A stretch of DNA of 64,000 nucleotides from Marsupella aquatica (lineage: Eukaryota > Plantae > Marchantiophyta), in NCBI GenBank assembly GCA_973895155.1, contig OZ316893.1, forward strand, positions 4,012,490 through 4,076,489, read 5' to 3'. Within the stretch, counting starts at the first letter, position 1. The number at the start of each line of letters is the position of its first letter. This document shows positions 25,901 through 34,255 of the stretch, in pieces. The position numbers and the translations under genes were made by a program. Below the pieces are notes generated by a model. The model saw nothing but the letters and a program-made list of their open reading frames with translations, was not told where the DNA came from and did no database searches.

Positions 25901-26210
25901 TACCACAATTTTGTTGGGCTCCACGACATTATGCTTGCCCTGCACATATTCTTCATCATCTGCATCGGGCTCCTCCTCTAGATAGTACTCTACATCATCA
26001 AATTCCTTATGGTTTTCACCGGACCCAACATCTTGCCCATCATCTGCAGAATCTGCCATCGATGGAATGTCCTTCACTGCTAGTCTCTCACTGTGTCGCC
26101 GAGGTCCACTTGCACTGTCACTGATGCTTTGCCTAACCCTTTTCTGCACTACACTTCTCCTGTCTGGGAGCCTGCATGCCATCCAAAAGCAACATCCATT
26201 GAACAACTCT
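22936..26210 (-). CDS. TnpA-like / ORF2 gene of the CACTA element (multi-exon, probably decayed)
   Basis: 24221-24868 has Ptta/En/Spm (Transposase_24)-like W..LV.HF.S...K.KS.QM..AR.N.....TGRKG. 22936-23418 has a Tnp1/En/Spm-like C-terminal domain (VGYGKL...FHCKEVPTGYYVVLL...LPVP...IADALNSVVLWP). TGCAG acceptors at ~25787, ~24131, ~23913 and ~23476. Confidence 0.75.
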
Positions 26211-26423
26211 AGTAAACATAGCTACATTCATTCCAATTAATGAGCAAAGTCTGGATAGGTTCTGTGGATGATAATTGTTCCCTTACAAAGCGGAAAATCC
26301 CTGTCTGAGCTCAGCTCCCAAAGCTGCCAGCCTCTCATCAACATATGCTGCACGTATCATGGCTTGCTTTTCAGACTCACTCATCTCATCATCATCTTCT
26401 TCCATCCTATTCAATGACAAACA

Positions 26424-29400
26424 TTATTGCATACGCATGGTGTCAGGCTCAGCCTCTACAAATGGCTCCTCACCCTCCCAAGCATCCACCCGTGTTAGAG
26501 GAACATACTCTGTGCTTGTCTGAACAGTACCAACGTCTCCAGTACGTGGTTGTTCAAATGCACTATGTCTATCTAAATGGAACTCTAGCTTTGACCCTTC
26601 TACCCTACGATTTCTGGGCTGCTTATGACACACTACCCTCCAACCTGGGTTCTCTTCCACATCCAAGAAGAAGGCCTGCTCCACCTGACTGGGATACACA
26701 AAAGGCTGCTCCCATTCGGGCAACTTGGACTTGAAATTGGCAAGCAGAAAGCCATCCCGGTCTCTTTTCATACTGGCCCTGTTACCACGCCACACTTGTC
26801 TTACCCATTCACCCTTCATCAAAATTACAGGAGTGGATGTGGCTCCATAGTCAAGAAGCCAGATATCACTTAGTTCTCCTACATACCCCATCTGCAACAC
26901 TCCTCTACTTTCATCAGGGCTCTCATGCTGAAATACACAAATGAGCCCGCAATCATATGTTACCCTGGAAGAAGTTGTTTCATCTCTCACTCTATAGTGA
27001 TTGCCATATGCTGCCATCCATTTGTAAGACTTTACCAGCAACCGTGGAGGATTGGACAGGAGATAGACATCTGCATCCATATTAGGATGGCTTGCATGAT
27101 GCTCTCGAACTGTGCATCTCAGCCATTCTGACATGCATGGGAATGTGGCAGACGTGCTTGATTGAATAGCCTTTTGTGCCTCGTACTCTCTACACATACA
27201 AGTGCATGGATTTAGCAATCAGAGTACACATTTTATACATGTCTGAAATTTAGAAACCAAGGGTAGCAAAGAAAATTGAAAACAAGTTACATACAGGGAG
27301 ACCAAAGTAGGTACTCACTCCAGCCAGGGTTGCAATTCATCAGTGTTTTCTAGAACGTACTGATGAGCCAAGTCTCTAATTTCGATGGTCAGCTTCACTG
27401 TGGTTGCAGCACCTTGTAGGACTTCCCCAGACACCCCTTCTTCTTCATCAGAATTCCATACTCGCCTTGTCACATGCTCGTAATCTGCTAGGTACTCTGT
27501 GATGTAGCCTAGAGTTTCATCTTTTATATAACCCCGAGCCATACTTGCCTCTGGCCTATAGTAAGATCACACATGACCCTTCATCAACTTCATGTACCGC
27601 TCCAGGGGGTACAACTAGCGTGCTGTCACCAGCCCGTACTGGTCTATTTCTTCCACGACATGGATGAGCAGATGAGTCATTACATCAAAGAATGCAGGCG
27701 GGAAATATATTTCAAGATCACACAACAATAGTGCCACATCTTTCTTCAATTGGGGAAACTGTACAGCATCCCACACCTTCACACAAACTCTGCGGAACAC
27801 ATCACTCAGACGCAATATAACTTTACGCACAGGCTCTTGCATGAGGCCCCTCAGGCACAATGGCAGGACTTGTTGCATCATGACATGGTAGTCATGGGTT
27901 TTCATTCTACCAAATTGGAATTTGTTATCCTTCACATGCCTCTTGAATGCACTAGCATAATCTGTAGGAGCTCGGAGTGAACTCAGCCTTGATAAGAAGG
28001 CCTGCCACTTTGTGTCTGTGCAACAATATGGTGCTTGGTACTTCAAAAACACATTTGCCCTGCTCTGGTGTGTTGTAAGCCAAAGGTGGGGTCGAATTCC
28101 CTTGTCCTGTAGATCCATACGTACAGAGCCCGTGTCCTTTTCTCCACTCAAAAATGGGAGTAGACTCTCGCATATGTTCTTCTCTATGTGCATAACATCA
28201 ATATTATGTTTGTTTGGATCAAACTCCTGCAACTCCAAAACATCAAGCAGTGAGCAAATCTCAATCTTCATAATACATACATACTACTTCATACAATCTA
28301 ACAACTAAATTGACTGAATCACATATATGGGTTGTTGGGGAGAGGAGATTACTCGCCAATACTCCAGCTGCAAGTCCAAAATGGACTATCGTTTCACACC
28401 ATACAACCTTGCAGGATCTCGTACTCCATCCTTTGCTCCTCCATCTGCATCATACTGTGCCTTGGCAGCCCCCCAAGAACTTATTTGCTCCTTCTTCACT
28501 CGAGGGGGGGACTGCGGAGCTCCGTGCGCTTGTTAAAATGTGCTATAAGATTGGGTCTACGTCTGTATGGGTGATCAAAGGGCAGAAATCGACGGTGACC
28601 AAGGTATTTGATACACTTCAAGGACTTTGAATAGTCACTTGTCACATGGGGGCCACATCTTGTGCAAGCTAAATATCCTTTCCCAACCTGGCCTGCAATC
28701 ATGCTATGGGCAGGGTAATCTGCAATAGTCAACATTACAATAGCTCTAAGCAAGAATGGATTGGCTTCACCAATCCTCTGCAGCATATCATATGTGAGCA
28801 CTCCAGTGTACCATAGCTTTCTCAGTTCCTCTACTAGAGGAGCAAGATAGACATCTATATTGGCTGCAACAGCACTGTCTGGCCCTGGAATCAACAATGC
28901 CAACATTACAAAGAACCGCTTTGTAGTCAACCATGGGGGAAGGTTGTAATTCAAAAGGGTTACAGGCCAACAAGAGTACGCATTGTTCTTCTCACCAAAT
29001 GGGTTCACCCCATCCAATGATAACCCGAGCCTAACATTCCTTGTCTCCCTAGCAAACTCAGGATACACATCATCAATCAACTTCCATTGCTTTGAATCTC
29101 CAGCATGGCGTTGTAGCCCATCTCGACTTTTGTTCTTAGCTGTCCATGTCATCAACTCTGATATGGCACGGCTCCTGAACATTCGCTGCAGTCTGGGAAT
29201 TATAGGAAAGTGACGGAGTACTTTTGCAGGTTGCTTGGACTTCCCATTGTTCCGGTACCTGTGCTTCCCGCATGTAGGGCATGTCAACTTCTTCTGATGT
29301 TCGTTTCTGAAAAGAACATGCCCATCAGGACAGACATGTATTGACTCATAGTTCAGCCCAAGTTTTGATATCAGTCTCTTTGCCTCGTACATGTTTTTGG

Positions 29401-30168
29401 CAGTAGATTACCTCCTGGTAGCACTATTTTCTGCAAGAAGGCCAGAACCTCGGACACAAAGATGTTTGGCACATTGTGGTTCCCACAAATATTCAGAAAC
29501 ATTAGCACAAATGCTAATTTGGAACACTTGCTTCCTGGGAACAGCGAATTGAAGGCCTCCTGAACTTCGGTTGGGGAGCCAAACATGGTGTCCTCTCCAG
29601 CTGTAGCCTGTTGCCCAATCTCAAACTCATCTGAAGACTCGTGGTCATCACCCGGTGCGGTCTCAAACTCTTCTGCATCTTCCATGTCCTCCCGCATTGC
29701 ATCCATATCCTGGAAAATATCCTGCACCATTTGCTGAACATTGATCCCTTCGTCTGCAGGCTGCTGAAGGACTTCAGACCCACCCAGTTGAGTCATCACA
29801 TCTGCCAACCCACCAGTGAAGAACTGGTCTCGCCTTGCACTATTTACATTCTCAAAGTCAGCCCTCCATTCCTCATCTAAAGAATCAGCCTCATTCGGAT
29901 CGTTTGTAACACGCCAACGAGGGTGTCTCCCATGAATTGCCAAGTGCCCATGAATCTGCCTCAAGACATTGGTGTGGGAGCCATTGCATTGAGTGCAAGG
30001 ACATCTCATTCGTGAACTTGGACCTGACCGTGCCACTTTGGCCTGTTCCCGATTCCAGAGCTTCTGGTCGTGTTGGGAAACCCTCATTGGATGATGTAGA
30101 GGCAACCTGGCAGATGTTGGATGGGTCCAAGGGGGAGGGTGACCTACGGACACTCTTCTAGACTCCAT
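26424..30168 (-). pseudogene. TnpD-type CACTA transposase (transposase-associated domain, Transposase_21, DUF4218, DUF4216), disabled
   Basis: CPC..C...H...HG; IHVCPDGHVLFR...CPTCG..RY; LRHFPIIPRLQRMF; RNVRLGLSLDGVNPFG; YSCWPV..NYNLPPW; IDVMHIEKNICES; MKTHDYHVMMQ; FPPAFFDVMTHLLIH; EQPFVYPSQVEQAFF. Frameshifts near 29380 and 28500; TGG>TAG at 27615 and CGA>TGA near 27566. Confidence 0.95.
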
Positions 30169-30555
30169 CTTAGAGTTCAGAACACAGGCACTCAGATTTA
30201 ATTATCATTTCATTATGAAAGTGGAAAATACATTTCTTGTTTAGTTGTGTTCCGATGTTCACACTATCTACCAAAACATATGACATGATACAGTGTAATA
30301 AATCATGCATAGACTTTCTACAACCACCAACAAAAACAAGAAAGGTTCCTGAATCGTGTACCTATTCTCAGGTCACACTGTAACAAAATTCCTAACTGTC
30401 TCAGGGTGTCACCTCCTTTGCTGTCCTCACTTATACTGCCTCAGTCTGCAATGGCCAACCAAGCACGTACATCCATGACCATATCAGAGTCCAATCACCT
30501 ATAGTCATAGACAAACGTGCCTGGTGTGAGAGCAGTATGAGATCTCCTCACATTA

Positions 30556-31158
30556 TTACCAGAGTTCATCTGGATACCCACCCTGTTCTCGATGGTAGTC
30601 ACACCTGAGGTACACTGGCATGTACATCAGGTCATCCAGGAGTATGCCCTGGGCATACCAGGGTGGGGTTCGATCTGTGCCTACAAGAAGTGGTTCTAAT
30701 GCCCTCCACTGGGGGGAGCTAGCTACCAAGTCCCTCCATTGTGTGCTAATTAGTCTATATTTGCAAATGTCTTGTGCGGTTGACCACTGAAGAATTCTGG
30801 GCCACACATCCGACAGCATTATATCATCTGGCAAACCAGGCAACAAGGAAGTCCCCACAACATTCTGCTCTTCAATTTCATCTGCTGAAAAATAAGATTC
30901 ATCGTCTCTTGCATCCTCAGGCGGTGTTGAAATATGTTTCAACACCAACCCATGCAGGAGAGTCCAAACAGTGGCCAGCCATGTGGCAACCCGGAGGAGG
31001 AGCCTACATAGCGCCTGTTGATGTAGGAAAGGCAACATACCCACCAAAGTCTGCCGCCAAGATTTGAGCCCACCCAGTAAGTTTACAGTGACACCCCCAG
31101 GCCCAGCAAGAAACCACAATCTGCCAACAGTAAAATAAGTCCAACTGCGACCAACCAT
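30556..31158 (-). CDS. CACTA cargo: F-box domain protein (200 aa)
   Basis: LLPGLPDDIMLSDVWPRI...DICKYRLISTQWRDLVASSPQW fits the F-box consensus (LP.LP.D...I..RL......VCK.W..L); hydrophobic N-terminus; AACGTAG acceptor 6 nt before the ATG. Confidence 0.75.
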   Translation of the reverse strand: MVGRSWTYFTVGRLWFLAGPGGVTVNLLGGLKSWRQTLVGMLPFLHQQALCRLLLRVATWLATVWTLLHGLVLKHISTPPEDARDDESYFSADEIEEQNVVGTSLLPGLPDDIMLSDVWPRILQWSTAQDICKYRLISTQWRDLVASSPQWRALEPLLVGTDRTPPWYAQGILLDDLMYMPVYLRCDYHREQGGYPDELW

Positions 31159-31249
31159 AACAAGCTACGTTAGTTCAAATATCACATTTATTTCAAAGAT
31201 GTGATTTGTACACAAAGCTTGTCTCAAAACTGATGCTACTACGTACTCC

Positions 31250-31663
31250 TCACTCTGATTCAGAATCGCTAATAACCTCTTCCTCACTTGTTGTCACATA
31301 GTTTTCACTGTGAGGATCCTGACCCTTCCGTGGCCAGGCCTCAAAAAGATCATAGTCCATTGGGTTTTGACGCTTCCCAGCTGCTACTGATTCCACAAGC
31401 CAAGCATATGAAACCACAAACACATTATGGGACATGACATAAAAGCGAATGTCACCCTTCCCAAACTTGCGGCAGGCTTTGGGATATGACTTAGTAATGA
31501 CATGAGTGGTGTCCTCTGTTATATTCTCCTCCACTGTCCCACCTAGGTCAAGCACTGTGGACTTGTACACTTTGCACTTAACCTCTCCAATTCCCGCCTC
31601 CACAAAAACCATGCTCAGCCCTTTCAGAATGGGGGTTGGTTGCTTCATCTCCTCAGCCAACAT
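31250..31663 (-). CDS. CACTA cargo: BRCT domain protein 2 (plant Pol-lambda-like BRCT)
   Basis: LKGLSMVFV...LGGTVEENITEDTTHVI...VVSYAWLVESVAAGKRQNPMDYDL shows the BRCT hallmarks (GG, THVI, W...S); acidic tail. Confidence 0.85.
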   Translation of the reverse strand: MLAEEMKQPTPILKGLSMVFVEAGIGEVKCKVYKSTVLDLGGTVEENITEDTTHVITKSYPKACRKFGKGDIRFYVMSHNVFVVSYAWLVESVAAGKRQNPMDYDLFEAWPRKGQDPHSENYVTTSEEEVISDSESE

Positions 31664-31668
31664 ACTCT

Positions 31669-32121
31669 TCAGCCTTCTTGAGTTTGTCCTTTGTTGAGTA
31701 CAGGTCCATATTGGACATCAGCAAGCCGTGCCTTTGCTTCCCAGACTTCTTGTTCAGCCCAAGCTGATGCAGTAGCTTCTTCATCCTCCCACAGTTCATA
31801 TTGCTCAGTATCCTGTACAATCTGATGTGCTATGGAATCTGTGATCCAAGAGGCCTCAACTACTTTTAGGCCTCGCTCAGTAATTGCAGAATTCATGTAG
31901 GACCATGACCATTTCTTTATCACTGATAGCCATGTCCCTGCAACAACATGTGTAGTCTCTGGAGTGATGTCCTGCACTACAGTGCCATGGAGCTCAGAGA
32001 ATCGTTTTTGTACAGTTGGCCAATGCACTTTGGTCAACCCATGCTGGCCATGGACCAAAATGGCTCTGACCCCTGTAAACACTGCTGGGTGGTCACACTT
32101 TCTACGTTTCCCAGGCTCCAT
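31669..32121 (-). CDS. CACTA cargo: BRCT domain protein 1
   Basis: FTGVRAILV...LHGTVVQDITPETTHVVA...KVVEASWITDSIAHQIVQDTEQYEL; N-terminal KRRK NLS-like motif; CACGTAG acceptor 11 nt before ATG 32121. Confidence 0.85.
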   Translation of the reverse strand: MEPGKRRKCDHPAVFTGVRAILVHGQHGLTKVHWPTVQKRFSELHGTVVQDITPETTHVVAGTWLSVIKKWSWSYMNSAITERGLKVVEASWITDSIAHQIVQDTEQYELWEDEEATASAWAEQEVWEAKARLADVQYGPVLNKGQTQEG

Positions 32122-32717
32122 GTACACACACCCTACGTGATCAGAGTGAATATTGGAAGAGTGGGTTCACCTGCCAATAGAAGGACACCAAAATTCCTGC
32201 TTTTTAAGTTGATCCGGTCCCCTGTTGCTCAAGTCCAATTTTGATAGGTACAAGGGATATGTGAACAATAAGTACTAGGCACCTGCACCGATGCAGGACA
32301 TTGTTTGAGTATATACCAGGAAATCCATATCAAAGGTGAAATGAAGTGTAACCAACTTGTCATGGCCGCACATACATATTTTGTTGTAAAGGAGGATACA
32401 TTCAATGACAAACTTATAGGGCAATTTGATTAATTGCATGCCTGATAATTTATATGCTTACAACTTTGAAGTCCTGTTTTAATTTAGCAGTCTGATGAGA
32501 GTGTTTGTGAAAATGACCACTCAGCCTAAATACTTCCAAGAAGGCTTGTTAGGATAAGTTTTTATAGGCATGTACCCAGCCACTGACGCTATAGCATAGG
32601 ATAAGTGCTGCCTATACAAACTTGCCTACCCAACTCCTTTTCAAAATTGGAATCTCTGCAATCCCCCAAAAATAGTACACCCACATCAGGTGCCCTGTGC
32701 ATGTACAATGTTCAGCT

Positions 32718-33398
32718 TCATAGCCAAGATATGTGATCTCTCACAGGAGTGCGCGAGGTAGGATCAATGGCATGGCGATGACAATAAAATATCCATCGAT
32801 CAACACCATGTGCAGAGTGATCATAGATTTCTCTGTCACAAGCATAACCCTCTGCTTGACGATCTTTCAAGCAATGATAGTGCCACATAGTGGGACACCT
32901 AGCATAGTGGACTATGTCAGCCCAGTACTCATCATCATGCTCACCACATGCCTTGCACCTATGAAGTGGGCAAGCTGTGGCATGAGCAGGCAAACACTCA
33001 AAACAGAAAAACCTCACACAAAAACGGTCTGGACATTTCCTAACATCCGGTGCAGCATCAACAGAGCCCTCATAGGACCCCAACTTCCCACACTGTGCAC
33101 ACTTAGCTTGCTTCTCCAAACAATCAGTGCACATCCAGTCTCCCTGGTGTGTTGACGGGAGGCCCACCCCTGGACAATTGTTTTCTGCAGCAAGGTGAGA
33201 CTCCGGGTTGAGGTGGAAATGCCTCATGCAAGGGCCCTCACAGATGACCAAGCTCCCACCATCGTCACAAATGGCACAACAATGAGCTGCCTTCTGGAAA
33301 ATCTGACTTGCAGAGAAGTTAGTAACGTGTGGCCCAGGTACACCTGTGTTGCTCACCTCTATCACATGCTTTTTCGCTGGAATTTTGGGGCGTGCCAT
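32718..33398 (-). CDS. CACTA cargo: stand-alone EDM2-type composite PHD-finger protein (226 aa from ATG 33398)
   Basis: CAICDDGGSLVICEGPCMRHFH...C.DC......C..CGKLGS...C....C.RFF...C...CPLHRCKAC...RCP..WH..CL...IFYCHRHAIDP...TPVRDHI parallels the EDM2 PHD region as I recall it (CAICDNGG..CCEG.C.RSFH; CPLHKC..C; CRRCPKSYH.KCL; IYC.EH.ID....TPVRDH). Confidence 0.9.
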   Translation of the reverse strand: MARPKIPAKKHVIEVSNTGVPGPHVTNFSASQIFQKAAHCCAICDDGGSLVICEGPCMRHFHLNPESHLAAENNCPGVGLPSTHQGDWMCTDCLEKQAKCAQCGKLGSYEGSVDAAPDVRKCPDRFCVRFFCFECLPAHATACPLHRCKACGEHDDEYWADIVHYARCPTMWHYHCLKDRQAEGYACDREIYDHSAHGVDRWIFYCHRHAIDPTSRTPVRDHISWL

Positions 33399-33805
33399 GC
33401 CTACGCATGAGACAGACAGTACAATTAAGTAGACAATCAAGTAGTGTGACGAGGCTATGATAGTGAGACAAATAAGTTTGAATACGTGACTGTATGGGAT
33501 GTTTGCAGGTTATGACATGGCCCATTAATTCTGTCATATAATGTTACAATGTTGGCCAAGTTAAAGCAGTCATTCAAGCAGTCTTTCATTGGAGAATTTA
33601 AAGAGAGCTTGCTTAATTCTTACATTAGGATATTCCACTTAGTGCAGCCAAATTAGGATAAGTTATATACTATGGATCCTAAACCCTGCACCCAAAATTG
33701 CTCAAACTTCAAAATTTTAAATAATTATCCGCGGTGCTTAAGTCAGAGCATTAAGTTATAGGTCATTGCACTCTGGTCTGTGCATACAGTGTGACAAGTG
33801 CTCCT

Positions 33806-34255
33806 CTACAGCGTGTCATCCAAACATGTGTAGACACCAAACGCACCGGTGGTGGGGTCTGGGAGGCCAGGACAAGTGACATCGCCAGGCACACTGCAGG
33901 ATGGCGAGTGGTTCCAGATGATACATTGTGCTCTATGCAAAACTCGACACCCAAGAGAATGGTCATCCAACTCTGGGCTAGAAGCCCGACAGGCAGGACA
34001 GTCATATTGGCAGCTGTGTACACACCCTTGGGCCCTAATTTGTGGCGGGTCATGTACAAGAGACAGAAATACCAAGGATGTTGGGAAGGGTAGAGAAGCA
34101 GGTACAGGCCGACTGTAGTTATTCCTGGCAACAATAGGGTACTCAAAGTACCATGCAGACTGGGCAGGAAGGATCCCAAGTCTCACATACTCAAGGCGCA
34201 ACCTCTCTGCCTTGCGTGCAAGCCGCACATGTTCAGCATTGCGGGTGCTCACCAT
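33806..34255 (-). CDS. CACTA cargo: unknown Cys/His-rich protein (149 aa, possibly prematurely terminated)
   Basis: ATG 2 nt after a CAACAG acceptor; basic N-terminus; CVHSCQYDCPAC...H..GC..H..QC...H..SC......C. The frame stays open for ~20 codons (RSTCHTVC...) after the TAG. Confidence 0.5.
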   Translation of the reverse strand: MVSTRNAEHVRLARKAERLRLEYVRLGILPAQSAWYFEYPIVARNNYSRPVPASLPFPTSLVFLSLVHDPPQIRAQGCVHSCQYDCPACRASSPELDDHSLGCRVLHRAQCIIWNHSPSCSVPGDVTCPGLPDPTTGAFGVYTCLDDTL

